Below are positions 44,099 to 53,485 of a stretch of 64,000 bases of DNA, piece after piece. Numbering within the stretch: the stretch's first letter is position 1; every line of letters begins with the position of its first letter. The stretch covers positions 185,228 through 249,227 of the forward strand of contig OZ246416.1 in NCBI GenBank assembly GCA_965231095.1. Reading direction: 5' to 3'. Origin of the DNA: an uncultured Gammaproteobacteria bacterium. Its GTDB lineage: Bacteria; Patescibacteriota; Patescibacteriia; XYB2-FULL-38-15. The translations under genes were made by a program, and so were the position numbers. The notes under the pieces were generated by a model. It made no database searches. It was not told the DNA's origin and worked only from the letters and a program-made list of their open reading frames with translations.

Positions 44099-45235
44099 AT
44101 GATAAATAAAAAAGATAATTTTGAAATTAGGGCGACGAAATATATTTTAGTTGGTCTGGGGCTAGTGGCGCTCTTGGGGGTTTATTTTATTTTGCAAAAG
44201 AGCGGCGCTTTGCAGATTTTTTCCCGGCTTCAAGATAATAATCTGGGCTATGGTTTATTGTTTATAATCGGAGTCCTCGCCAGCTTTCATTGTGTGGGAA
44301 TGTGCGGCGGATTTGTCGTGTCATATACTGCCGGCGAGTGTTTGGGCGCGACCCGCCAAAAAAAATTATTGCCCCACCTTTATTATAATTTTGGAAGAAT
44401 TGTTTCTTATACTTTGGTCGGCGCAATTTTAGGCGGCATTGGATCGTTTTTTGGGATTAATCCAATTTTTTCGGGGATCTTAACTTTATTCGCCGCGGCC
44501 GTAATGCTTGCCATGGGCGCGTCGCTTGTAAAAAATATAAATTTTGTCGAGAAGATAAAATCAAAGATGCCAAAATTTGTCGCCAAATATTTATTTTCCC
44601 AAAAATATGAGAGCAAACCGAAGGGGCCTTTTGTTATCGGATTTTTAAATGGGTTTATGCCATGCGGTCCGCTTCAGGCCGTCCAGTTTTACGCCCTGGG
44701 CACGGGGAGCGCTCTCTCTGGCGCGCTTTCATTATTTTTCTTTGGTCTTGGCACAACCTTTTTGATGTTTGGATTCGGATATTTTATTTCTTCAATTTCG
44801 AGCGAACGAGTAAAAAAGATGATGAAAATTTCCGGCGTGGTTGTAATTCTTTTGGGATTATTTATGTTGAATCGCGGATTGACGAATTTTGGCTGGGGCT
44901 TTAGAAATTTATTGCCAAGCGGGCAGGTTGCGGAAAATTTTGTAGGTGAAACACCGACCCAAGGAGAATATCAAACCGCGAAAATGGATTTAACTTATCG
45001 CGGTTATGTGCCGAATGTTTTGTATGTTAAAAAAGGCGTGCCGGTGAAATGGATTATAAATGTTAAACAAATGAGCGGCTGCACTGACGCCATCTTGCTG
45101 GAAAAATTCGGGATCAGAAAAGATTTGAAATACGGAGAAAATATAATTGAGTTTACTCCGACTGAGACCGGGGAAATTCCGTTTTCCTGCTGGATGAAAA
45201 TGGTTTGGGGAAAATTTATCGTGACGGAAAATTGA
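44099..45235 (+). CDS. DsbD_2/UreH-like (HCxxMCGG) polytopic membrane protein with C-terminal cupredoxin-like metal-binding domain
   Basis: FHCVGMCGGF motif inside a TM helix and about 6 TM segments. The C-terminal ~100-aa beta domain carries Cys/Met candidates (SGCTD, FSCWMKM). Confidence 0.45.
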   Translation: MINKKDNFEIRATKYILVGLGLVALLGVYFILQKSGALQIFSRLQDNNLGYGLLFIIGVLASFHCVGMCGGFVVSYTAGECLGATRQKKLLPHLYYNFGRIVSYTLVGAILGGIGSFFGINPIFSGILTLFAAAVMLAMGASLVKNINFVEKIKSKMPKFVAKYLFSQKYESKPKGPFVIGFLNGFMPCGPLQAVQFYALGTGSALSGALSLFFFGLGTTFLMFGFGYFISSISSERVKKMMKISGVVVILLGLFMLNRGLTNFGWGFRNLLPSGQVAENFVGETPTQGEYQTAKMDLTYRGYVPNVLYVKKGVPVKWIINVKQMSGCTDAILLEKFGIRKDLKYGENIIEFTPTETGEIPFSCWMKMVWGKFIVTEN

Positions 45236-45299
45236 TACTTTATTCGTCCTTAATGTGGATGAGATATAATTTTGATGATTAATTTTTAACTTTAAAATT

Positions 45300-45638
45300 A
45301 TGAAAAAAATTTATTTGATAATTTTATCAGTGTTAGCGTTTTTCCCCGTCGCCGTTTTGGCTCAAGGATATTACTATGATACCGACGGGTATGGGATGAT
45401 GAGCGGGGCGTGGGGGTTCGGCGGGATGATGGGATACGGCATAATGTTTTTTAGTTTGGTATTTTGGGTGCTGATAATTTTCGGCTTGATTTATCTCGTT
45501 AAGTGGCTTGCGGGACAAGGGAAAAATGAAAAATCGGAGCATCGTCGGGCAGAGGAAATTTTAAAAGAAAGATACGCGAAAGGAGAAATTGATAAGAAAG
45601 AATTTGAAGAAAAAATAAAAGAAATTAAAAGCGTCTAA
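45300..45638 (+). CDS. small membrane protein with C-terminal SHOCT domain
   Basis: Signal peptide/TM, a Gly/Met/Tyr-rich segment, a TM helix, then [27 protein letters not shown], the SHOCT signature. Confidence 0.5.
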   Translation: MKKIYLIILSVLAFFPVAVLAQGYYYDTDGYGMMSGAWGFGGMMGYGIMFFSLVFWVLIIFGLIYLVKWLAGQGKNEKSEHRRAEEILKERYAKGEIDKKEFEEKIKEIKSV

Positions 45639-45657
45639 TAATTTAAAACGTGCGTAT

Positions 45658-47892
45658 ATGAAGGAACAAATTTTCAATGTCAGCGGTATGGACTGCGCGA
45701 GTTGCGCGATCAATATTGAAATTTTTTTGAAAAAGATGGACGGCATAAAAAAAGTTAATGTTAATTTGCCGGCGGCAAAAGCTTCGGTTAGTTTTGATGA
45801 AACAAAAGTCAGCGAGAAAGAAATTATTGTGGCGATTGATAAATTGGGTTATAAGGCAAGTCTCGCGAATACTGAGGCGATGCACGCGGCCGGGCATGAT
45901 CACGAAAAAATGATGCGGGAAGAAGAATTGAAAAAATTAAAAAGAAAAGTTTTCGTCGGCGCTATTTTGAGCATACTTGTTTTTTGGGGAAGTTTTCCCG
46001 AATGGTTTCCCTGGACTCCGGAATTTTTGATGAACAAGACAGTGCTTTTTATTTTAGCAACGCCGGTGCAGTTTTGGGTCGGCTGGCAATTTTATCGGGG
46101 ATTTTTGATCGCCCTTAAAAACAAAATGGCCAACATGGATACCTTGATTGCGGTTGGGACTTCGGCGGCTTATGGATACAGTTTTGTGGCGACTTTTTTT
46201 CCGGAAGTTTTTCGCGGAGCGGGACTGGAAGTAAATATTTATTTTGACACCGCGGCGATCATTATCACTTTGATTTTGCTTGGGCGGCTTCTTGAGGCCA
46301 GAGCCAGGGCGGGGACATCAGAGGCAATTAAAAAATTAATGGGACTTCGAGCAAAAACCGCGAAGGTTGTGCGCGACGGTGAGGAAAAGGATATTCCGAT
46401 AGAAGAAGTCGTAGTTGGAGATATTATTATTGTTCGGCCGGGAGAAAAAATTCCGGTTGACGGCATTATTGTTGAAGGGCGGACTTCAATAGACGAATCA
46501 ATGGTGACCGGAGAGTCAATGCCCGTGACAAAAGAAGTCGGAGAATCGGTTATTGGCGCGACAGTAAATAAATTTGGCGCTTTTAAATTGAGGGCGACTA
46601 AGGTTGGGAAAGATACAATGCTTTCGCAAATCATTGAATTGGTTTTGCGCGCGCAAGGTTCTAAGGCGCCAATTCAAAAATTAGCCGATAAAGTTACGGC
46701 GATTTTTGTTCCGGCGGTTTTAGGAATTGCCGCGGCAACTTTCATTGTTTGGTTTATTTTTGGTCCGGCGCCGGCGTTTACTTTTGCTCTTCTGAATTTC
46801 GTGGCGGTTTTGATTATCGCGTGTCCCTGCGCCTTGGGGCTTGCGACGCCAACCGCGATTATGGTTGGGACGGGAATGGGCGCGGCAAACGGAATTTTGA
46901 TAAAAGATGCGGAAAGTTTAGAAATTGCCCATAAGGTGAATGCCGTTGTTATGGATAAAACCGGAACGATCACAACAGGAAAGCCGTCTTTGACAGACAT
47001 TGTTCAGTTGGCCGCATTACCGGAAAATGAAATTTTGTTTTTGGCGGCGAGCGCGGAGAAAAATTCCGAACATCCGTTGGGTGAGGCGATTGTTCTGGCT
47101 GCCAAAGAGAAAAATATTGCATTATCTGACGCAACAGATTTCACGGCCATTGCCGGCGCGGGAGTCAGGGCAAAAATTTCCGAAAAAAAAGTTTTAGTTG
47201 GGACAAAACAATTGATGTCTGGGCAGGAAGTTGTTATGGCCGGCGGAGAAGAAAAAATGGCTGAACTTGAAGAGCAGGGGAAAACAGTAATGATTGTGGC
47301 GGTTGATGGAAAAGAAATAGGTTTGATTGCCGTGGCTGATACGCCAAAGCCCAGCTCGCGGGCGGCCGTAGAAAAATTGCAAAAAATGGGATTGGAAGTT
47401 ATTATGATGACCGGCGATAACCAAAAAACCGCCGAAGCTATTGCGCGCGAAGTCGGCGTCCGGCGCGTGATCGCGAGAGTTTTGCCGGAACGAAAAGCGG
47501 AAGAAATTAAAAAATTGCAGGCGGAAGGAAAAGTTGTGGCAATGGTTGGCGACGGGATTAACGATGCGCCGGCCCTGGCGGCTGCGGACGTTGGCATTGC
47601 CATGGGAACGGGCACGGATATTGCCATGGAAGCCGGAGACATTACTTTAATGAAGGGTGATCTTTCGGGTATCATCGGAGCCCTGGAACTTTCAAGATCA
47701 ACAATGAAAATTATAAAACAAAATCTTTTTTGGGCTTACGCTTATAATACGGTTTTGATTCCGGTGGCGGCCGGCATTCTTTATCCGTTTTTTGGAATTT
47801 TATTAAATCCGATTTTGGCAGCAGCAGCAATGGGTCTGTCAAGCATAAGTGTGGTGGGAAATTCCTTGAGATTAAAAAGAGTGAAGTTATAA
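45658..47892 (+). CDS. copA: copper-translocating P1B-type ATPase
   Basis: N-terminal HMA domain [13 protein letters not shown] motif [11 protein letters not shown]. Phosphorylation site DKTGTIT. HP and GDGINDAP motifs. Confidence 0.85.
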   Translation: MKEQIFNVSGMDCASCAINIEIFLKKMDGIKKVNVNLPAAKASVSFDETKVSEKEIIVAIDKLGYKASLANTEAMHAAGHDHEKMMREEELKKLKRKVFVGAILSILVFWGSFPEWFPWTPEFLMNKTVLFILATPVQFWVGWQFYRGFLIALKNKMANMDTLIAVGTSAAYGYSFVATFFPEVFRGAGLEVNIYFDTAAIIITLILLGRLLEARARAGTSEAIKKLMGLRAKTAKVVRDGEEKDIPIEEVVVGDIIIVRPGEKIPVDGIIVEGRTSIDESMVTGESMPVTKEVGESVIGATVNKFGAFKLRATKVGKDTMLSQIIELVLRAQGSKAPIQKLADKVTAIFVPAVLGIAAATFIVWFIFGPAPAFTFALLNFVAVLIIACPCALGLATPTAIMVGTGMGAANGILIKDAESLEIAHKVNAVVMDKTGTITTGKPSLTDIVQLAALPENEILFLAASAEKNSEHPLGEAIVLAAKEKNIALSDATDFTAIAGAGVRAKISEKKVLVGTKQLMSGQEVVMAGGEEKMAELEEQGKTVMIVAVDGKEIGLIAVADTPKPSSRAAVEKLQKMGLEVIMMTGDNQKTAEAIAREVGVRRVIARVLPERKAEEIKKLQAEGKVVAMVGDGINDAPALAAADVGIAMGTGTDIAMEAGDITLMKGDLSGIIGALELSRSTMKIIKQNLFWAYAYNTVLIPVAAGILYPFFGILLNPILAAAAMGLSSISVVGNSLRLKRVKL

Positions 47893-47946
47893 ATTTAAGA
47901 AATAAAATTTTGACGTTGGGTATTTTTTAGTGTAGAATAAACAAAT

Positions 47947-48468
47947 ATGAAAAAAATTATTTTTAGTATTTTTCTTTTAGTTTTGATTTTTCCCATGGTT
48001 GGCTTTGCGGCAAATCCGGTGGAGCTTTATTTTTTTGAAGGGCAGGGTTGTTCATACTGCGCCAAAATGAAAAGTTTTTTAGAAGGAGTGAAGGCCGATT
48101 ATCCGAATCTGGAAGTTCGCGAATTTGAAGTTTATTTTAATAAAGAAAATCAAGTATTATTTGAGAAGATGGCGAAGGCGTACGGCGCGACCACGAGCGG
48201 CGTGCCGACGCTTTTTATCGGCGAAGAGGTAATTAACGGCGCTGATTTTGAAAAGGTGAAAAACGCGGTGGAAAAATGTTCTCTTGAAATTTGTCCGTCG
48301 CCGGCCGATAAACTTGCCGCGGTGGGGGATAACGTGAATTCAATTTTAAATACGAATCAGCCGGTTGACGGAAAAAATGAAACCGTGGGTTGGGTAGTGC
48401 TTGGCGTGGTTGCCGTGTTTGGCGCCGTATTAATTTATTTTGCCATTAAACGAAAAAATAATGTTTAG
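47947..48468 (+). CDS. secreted thioredoxin-fold CxxC protein with C-terminal membrane anchor
   Basis: Signal peptide, GCSYCAKM active-site-like motif, C-terminal TM VVLGVVAVFGAVLIYFAI. Confidence 0.5.
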   Translation: MKKIIFSIFLLVLIFPMVGFAANPVELYFFEGQGCSYCAKMKSFLEGVKADYPNLEVREFEVYFNKENQVLFEKMAKAYGATTSGVPTLFIGEEVINGADFEKVKNAVEKCSLEICPSPADKLAAVGDNVNSILNTNQPVDGKNETVGWVVLGVVAVFGAVLIYFAIKRKNNV

Positions 48469-49138
48469 TACTCTTACGATTCCGGCGCTTATCGGAGGCG
48501 CCGCCATTGATTCAATAAACCCTTGCGCTTTTGCCGTGCTGATTTTTTTGGTTGGTTATCTTTTGGCCATTGGTTCGCCAAAATTAATTTTGCGGGTTGG
48601 TTTGGTTTATATTGCCACGGTTTTTGTAGTTTATTTTTTGGCCGGACTGGGATTGTTGAAAGTTTTGACAACATTTGGCGTGGCGGGAATTATTTATAAA
48701 ATTGCCGCGGTCATTCTGCTTTTTGTCGGGCTTGTAAATGTAAAAGATTTTTTTTGGTATGGGAAGGGATTTACTTTGGCGATTCCCGAATCAAAAAAAC
48801 CCTTGATTGAAAAATATATTAAGAAAGCGTCAATTCCCGCGGCGATTATACTGGGATTTTTGGTTTCAGCTTTTGAATTGCCTTGCACCGGCGGGGTTTA
48901 TATCGCCGTCTTGGGATTGCTCGCGAGCCGTGAAACCCAGCTTTCCGCCATTCCATATCTTCTACTTTATAATTTAATTTTTGTCTTGCCGCTTTTTATT
49001 ATTTTGGGCTTGGTTTATTTTGGAATTTCCGCGAAGCAGATGGAAGAATGGCGGACAAAAAATAGGAAGTGGTTGAGGTTGGTACTTGGGGTGGGGTCGC
49101 TTATCCTTGGCGCCCTGATGTTGTTGGGCAAGATTTAA
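48461..49138 (+). CDS. ccdA: CcdA/DsbD-family thiol:disulfide transporter membrane protein
   Basis: Conserved Cys in separate TM helices (INPCAFAV and ELPCTGGVY) and 6 TM helices. The ATG at 48461 overlaps the upstream stop (ATGtTTAG). Confidence 0.6.
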   Translation: MFSTLTIPALIGGAAIDSINPCAFAVLIFLVGYLLAIGSPKLILRVGLVYIATVFVVYFLAGLGLLKVLTTFGVAGIIYKIAAVILLFVGLVNVKDFFWYGKGFTLAIPESKKPLIEKYIKKASIPAAIILGFLVSAFELPCTGGVYIAVLGLLASRETQLSAIPYLLLYNLIFVLPLFIILGLVYFGISAKQMEEWRTKNRKWLRLVLGVGSLILGALMLLGKI

Positions 49139-49261
49139 TTTCCAATTTTCAGTTATCAATTTTCAATAAATGTTCAATGTCCGGTTTTCAATTTTGACAT
49201 TTGATATTTGGATTTTGAAATTTATTAGACATTAGAAATTGGTAATTAGGAATTTTAAAAT

Positions 49262-50035
49262 ATGATTCCCTGGTTTCAATGGAATTCAATAAATGTTAGT
49301 TTTTTACGATTGAATGTTTGGGGGATTTTCGTTTCACTCGGTTTTTTGGTTGGGATGGCTGCGGTTTATTTTGAGCTGAAGAAAAAAAAATTGGAGGCGA
49401 GTCGCGTTTATGATTTGGCTTTTTGGATAATTTTATCCTCAATGATCGGAGGCCGGCTGCTCTATGTCGCGGAACATTTAAATATTTTCTCCGCCGCGCC
49501 GCTTGATATCTTTAAAATTTGGCAGGGCGGGATGTCGGTTTACGGAGGATTTTTGGGGGCGATTTTGGCGGTAGTGATTTATTTAAGAAAGAATAAATTG
49601 GATTTTTGGCAATACGCCGACGCGATTATTTTTGGTCTGCCGCTCGGACTTTTTATCGGTCGGCTCGGATGTTTTTTTATTCACGACCATCCCGGGGCAA
49701 AAACAAATTTCTTTTTGGGCGTGAATTATCCGGATGGCATCAGGCATGATTTGGGATTATATGATTCGTTTCTTGGCCTCGCGATTTTTTTATTTTTTTT
49801 ATTTTTACATCGCCATAAATGGTTTTCTGGATTTTACGCCGCGGTTTTTTCCATGGCTTACGGGGCAGTGAGATTTTTTCTTGATTTTTTGAGAACCGGA
49901 GAAGTCGTTTTGGGAATGCCGCCGGATCCGAGATATTTTGGTTTGACTTTAGCGCAATATTTGTCTTTAATTTTAGTTGTGGTTGGAGCTTGTTTTTTTT
50001 ATAAATTGAGGCTCAGGAAGGCGGAGAAAAAATAA
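49262..50035 (+). CDS. lgt: prolipoprotein diacylglyceryl transferase
   Basis: Polytopic protein with the Lgt-signature-like GGRLLYV...WQGGMSVYGGFLGAILA and HDHPGA-type loops. Confidence 0.65.
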   Translation: MIPWFQWNSINVSFLRLNVWGIFVSLGFLVGMAAVYFELKKKKLEASRVYDLAFWIILSSMIGGRLLYVAEHLNIFSAAPLDIFKIWQGGMSVYGGFLGAILAVVIYLRKNKLDFWQYADAIIFGLPLGLFIGRLGCFFIHDHPGAKTNFFLGVNYPDGIRHDLGLYDSFLGLAIFLFFLFLHRHKWFSGFYAAVFSMAYGAVRFFLDFLRTGEVVLGMPPDPRYFGLTLAQYLSLILVVVGACFFYKLRLRKAEKK

Positions 50036-50101
50036 TTTGACAAAATGGTTTTGACATAGTATGATTACTCAATTATTTAATTAATAATTTTTTTAGTTAA
50101 T

Positions 50102-50851
50102 ATGAATGATCAAATGAGCAATGACCTCGTGAACGGAACGCGTCGCACTTCTTTTTTTCTCGGACTTATGTGTGGCATTGCCGGGATGAGTACTCTGGCT
50201 CTTGTCGGATTTTTTGCCTTGGCTTTTTCCGGAGAAGGTTTAAAGCTCGCCAAGGATAATACAAATGAAAATGTAAACGCCACGGTTAACGTCAATCAGC
50301 CGGTTGTGAATGAACCGGTTGTGACGGCAGCCGCTCCGGTGCCGGACGTAACTTCTGACGACCACATTAAGGGTCCGGAAAACGCCAAAGTGACTTTGAT
50401 AGAATATTCTGATTTTGAATGCCCGTATTGTTTGAATCATAAAGCCACGGTGGATAAAATTGTTGAGAATTATGGAAATGATATTCGCGTGGTTTTCCGC
50501 CACTATCCGCTTTCTTTTCATCCGAACGCCGGAAAAGCGGCTGAGGCTTCAGAGTGTGCCGCCGAGCAGGGAAAGTTTTGGGAAATGCATGATAAAATTT
50601 TCGCGGCTAACGAAGCGGGAACAATGAGCGTGGACAAGTGGAAAGCAGAGGCGAAAAATTTGAAATTGAATACTACAAAATTTAATGAATGTCTTGATTC
50701 AGGAAAATACGCGGACGAAATTGCCGCCGAGGAACAAGCCGGACTTGCTGCCGGAGTTGAGGGAACGCCGGCGACGTTTGTGAACGGCGAATTGGTAAGT
50801 GGGGCGGTGCCTTACGAACAGTTTAAGCAAATTATTGACAGTAAACTATAA
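50102..50851 (+). CDS. DsbA-family thiol:disulfide oxidoreductase (membrane anchored)
   Basis: N-terminal TM, then thioredoxin fold with active site ECPYCL and the DsbA-type cis-Pro region HYPL. Confidence 0.65.
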   Translation: MNDQMSNDLVNGTRRTSFFLGLMCGIAGMSTLALVGFFALAFSGEGLKLAKDNTNENVNATVNVNQPVVNEPVVTAAAPVPDVTSDDHIKGPENAKVTLIEYSDFECPYCLNHKATVDKIVENYGNDIRVVFRHYPLSFHPNAGKAAEASECAAEQGKFWEMHDKIFAANEAGTMSVDKWKAEAKNLKLNTTKFNECLDSGKYADEIAAEEQAGLAAGVEGTPATFVNGELVSGAVPYEQFKQIIDSKL

Positions 50852-50943
50852 AGGAATAAAGAGATTTTGTGAAATAAAAAACTTCCGCTGTGATTGGCGG
50901 GAGTTTGATTTTTATTGGAAGATGGATTAAAATTGTAAAATAT

Positions 50944-51028
50944 GGAGAGGTCGCATAGTGGCCTAGTGCACACGCTTGGAAAGCGTGCATACCGCAAGGT
51001 ATCGCGAGTTCGAATCTCGCCCTCTCCG
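50944..51028 (+). tRNA. tRNA-Ser (anticodon GGA), class II with long variable arm
   Basis: Acceptor stem GGAGAGG/CCTCTCC. 3-bp D stem. Anticodon stem CACGC/GCGTG with loop TTGGAAA (U33 followed by GGA). 16-nt variable arm. T arm GCGAG-TTCGAAT-CTCGC. Discriminator G. No encoded CCA. Confidence 0.85.
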
Positions 51029-51126
51029 TTTTCTCGAATTTACCACTTGGTATATTTGAGAAAATGAGGGCATCGACGAGAACTCACGCCGCTAGCCCGT
51101 TGTGGTCGATCCCGCGCCGAGGAGGC

Positions 51127-51146
51127 CGAATCTCGCCCTCTCCGTT
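51127..51146 (+). repeat. 20-nt direct repeat of the tRNA-Ser 3' end (att-like core)
   Basis: CGAATCTCGCCCTCTCCGTT at 51127-51146 is identical to 51011-51030 (the T-arm half plus the acceptor 3' strand of the tRNA). Confidence 0.7.
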
Positions 51147-51224
51147 TTTACTAACACGTCTTCTTTGACGTTGTTTTTATTTATGATAAAATAAATTAAA
51201 GATTAAAGATTAATATTTCGCTCT

Positions 51225-51689
51225 ATGAACACAAAAATCTACTCTACAATTGCAACAGTTGTCATGATTTTAGCGATTTTGACAGCGGGATATTTTTATT
51301 GGCAGGGCGGAGCGAATAGAAAAGAGCTGGTCAGGGTGCAAGATGATTTATTTAAAACAGAAGAAGAATTACAAAATAACAGGGAGGAATTGAATCGACT
51401 TCGTGCTTTAGTAGACCAAGGTTTGGAAAAAGTTAAATACAATGCCTCAATTCTTAAAGATTCAGCGGAAGTTTTTTTGGTCGCCGGAGACACCAGAGTC
51501 GCTTCGCTTGGAATTTCCGAGGCTAAGGAAATTGAAGCTCAAATTCAGAAAATAGAGGACAGACAGGACAGAATAGCTCTGGAGAGTTTATGGTCTGATT
51601 TTACAAGCAGCCGGACAATAAGTAATTATCTTGCCTTTTCAAGATTTTTAGTGGATAGAATTAATAATAATTTAGAAAATATCCACTAA
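51225..51689 (+). CDS. membrane-anchored coiled-coil hypothetical protein (154 aa)
   Basis: N-terminal TM IATVVMILAILTAGYFYW, then a helical charged region. Confidence 0.3.
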   Translation: MNTKIYSTIATVVMILAILTAGYFYWQGGANRKELVRVQDDLFKTEEELQNNREELNRLRALVDQGLEKVKYNASILKDSAEVFLVAGDTRVASLGISEAKEIEAQIQKIEDRQDRIALESLWSDFTSSRTISNYLAFSRFLVDRINNNLENIH

Positions 51690-51694
51690 AAATT

Positions 51695-52273
51695 ATGACT
51701 TCGTTTGAACGAAAAATGAAAATTGTAAAGTATTTAAAGTTTATTTTTGGCCTTTTGATTTTTGTTTGGCTATTTTTGATTATGCCAATGTTGTCCGGTT
51801 ATGATTTTTTAACAACGGCGGTGCTCTATTTTTCTACGCCCTTCGCCTTATTTGCTCTTCCTTCAATTGCCATTGGTATTTATTTTTTAGCAACCGCAAA
51901 AATAAGACCAAAAATAGACATTATTATTTTAATAATTCTTTTTATTTGTCTTCTTGGTTTGGGGCGCGGCATGATAAAAGAAAGCATCGGTGGAAATGCG
52001 GAATTGAAAGTTACCATAGTGCGCACTGACGGCACGCCAGTGGCCGGCGTTGAAGTAGATGTCGCCAAACAAGCTGGTCCGCCGCCGGAGGGAGGATTTG
52101 AAAATACAAATGCCGATGGGATCGCGGATTTTGAAATTAATCCGGGTGATTACGTGATTTATTTTAATATTAATAATTTTCCGGGGGAATTAATGCCGCC
52201 GGATCCGACCCCGATTAATGTTGTTGAGGGAAAATTGACATCAAAGACAATAATTTTGGAAAGAAAAAAATAG
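51695..52273 (+). CDS. polytopic membrane protein with C-terminal beta-sandwich (CarbopepD_reg-like) domain
   Basis: Three to four TM helices, then ELKVTIVRTDGTPVAGVEVDV...GDYVIYF, typical of carboxypeptidase-regulatory-like folds. Confidence 0.3.
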   Translation: MTSFERKMKIVKYLKFIFGLLIFVWLFLIMPMLSGYDFLTTAVLYFSTPFALFALPSIAIGIYFLATAKIRPKIDIIILIILFICLLGLGRGMIKESIGGNAELKVTIVRTDGTPVAGVEVDVAKQAGPPPEGGFENTNADGIADFEINPGDYVIYFNINNFPGELMPPDPTPINVVEGKLTSKTIILERKK

Positions 52274-52386
52274 TGTATGTTTGATTGACCCAAGGCGATT
52301 TAATTTTTGTACCGATGAGTCTCCAAATTCCCACTCATTTGTCTTTATATGAAAATAATTTTTTTGAATAATTATTAAAAAAAATT

Positions 52387-52599
52387 ATGGAGAAAGAAAA
52401 TAACGAAAAGTGTAATTGCTTTAAGCGGCACAACCCATGCGGTTCATTCGGGGGATTTTATTTTTTGTCTATAATCGGCACGGCCGTTTATTTCGTAGGT
52501 CAGGCACATGGCTTTTGGTCAATTGTGTTGGCGATTTTAAAAGCTATTGTTTGGCCGGTATTTTTAGCGTATAAAGTTTTTATGATTTTGGGGGTATAG
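52387..52599 (+). CDS. small membrane protein with N-terminal Cys cluster (70 aa)
   Basis: CNCFKRHNPCGS, followed by two TM helices. Confidence 0.25.
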   Translation: MEKENNEKCNCFKRHNPCGSFGGFYFLSIIGTAVYFVGQAHGFWSIVLAILKAIVWPVFLAYKVFMILGV

Positions 52600-52623
52600 A
52601 ATATATCAGATATAAAATTTAGT

Positions 52624-52896
52624 ATGTTTGGAATTCCCGAGGCGATTTTAATTTTTTTGGCAACGGCAGCATCTGATGTGCTTTGGGTTTTTTATATCCG
52701 CCGAACAAGTAAGGGTAAGGCAATTTCTGCCGCGGCATTTTCTTCAATGATCGTTTTGTTGGGCGGATTTGTTGTTTTAGCTTACGTTGATAACAGATGG
52801 TATTTAATTCCTGCGGCGTTCGGAGCCTTTGTAGGAACAATTCTTAGCATTAAACTTGATATAAAATTTGATATTAGAAATAAAAAACATAATTAA
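52624..52896 (+). CDS. small 3-TM membrane protein (90 aa)
   Basis: Hydrophobic ORF. Confidence 0.25.
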   Translation: MFGIPEAILIFLATAASDVLWVFYIRRTSKGKAISAAAFSSMIVLLGGFVVLAYVDNRWYLIPAAFGAFVGTILSIKLDIKFDIRNKKHN

Positions 52897-52902
52897 TTTT
52901 AT

Positions 52903-53133
52903 ATGACTGAAGAATTTAAAGTTTCCGGCGAAGAGATTTTGAAAAAAGTAAAAGAAATTATTAAAGAGGGGAATGCGAGAAAGATTATTATAAAGAATGA
53001 AAAAAATGAGGCGATTATGGAAATTCCCCTAACTTTTGCCGTAGTCGGCGCGGTTCTTCTTCCGGTTTTGGCGGCGGTTGGGGCAATTGCCGGAATTCTC
53101 ACAAAATGTACGTTGGTTGTGGAAAAAAAGTAA
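52903..53133 (+). CDS. small protein with C-terminal TM (76 aa)
   Basis: Charged N-terminus plus TM FAVVGAVLLPVLAAVGAIAGIL. Confidence 0.25.
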   Translation: MTEEFKVSGEEILKKVKEIIKEGNARKIIIKNEKNEAIMEIPLTFAVVGAVLLPVLAAVGAIAGILTKCTLVVEKK

Positions 53134-53225
53134 AGAAAATTAATAAAAAAGACGGGGTTGACTTAACGCCGTTTTTATATTATAATGTTAAAATATGATA
53201 AATCATACTTTTCAAATTTAAGTAT

Positions 53226-53474
53226 ATGGAAAAATCACCATTTCAAGATTTTAAAGCCTATGGGCTTACAACTATCGGCGAGCGTGGGCAGATTGTTATC
53301 CCCAAAGAAATAAGAAGAATGATGCGCGTTAGGGCGGGCGATAAGTTTTTTGTTTGCGCCCGCGCCGGAAAGGTTATTGCCATGGTTAAGCCGGATCATT
53401 TTGACGAGATGATTATGGAGATGACAAAATTTTTGAAAAAAGTTAAAAAAACGAGAACGAATAAAATTAAATAA
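53226..53474 (+). CDS. AbrB/MazE/SpoVT-family DNA-binding protein
   Basis: GQIVIPKEIRRMMRVRAGDKFFV is a swapped-hairpin beta-barrel motif. Confidence 0.5.
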   Translation: MEKSPFQDFKAYGLTTIGERGQIVIPKEIRRMMRVRAGDKFFVCARAGKVIAMVKPDHFDEMIMEMTKFLKKVKKTRTNKIK

Positions 53475-53485
53475 ATAAAATTTAT

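Noticed and set aside
47004-47675. 223-aa minus-strand ORF inside copA (also 46239..46634 - and 46674..47000 -)
   Set aside because: Antisense to a P-type ATPase with all its signature motifs. The translations are Ala/Ser/Pro-rich shadows.
51029-51126. Second tRNA gene between the two copies of the tRNA-Ser 3' end
   Set aside because: Only the 3' 18-20 nt are duplicated. No D-arm, anticodon arm or acceptor 5' strand is present, so it is a fragment or att core, not a tRNA.
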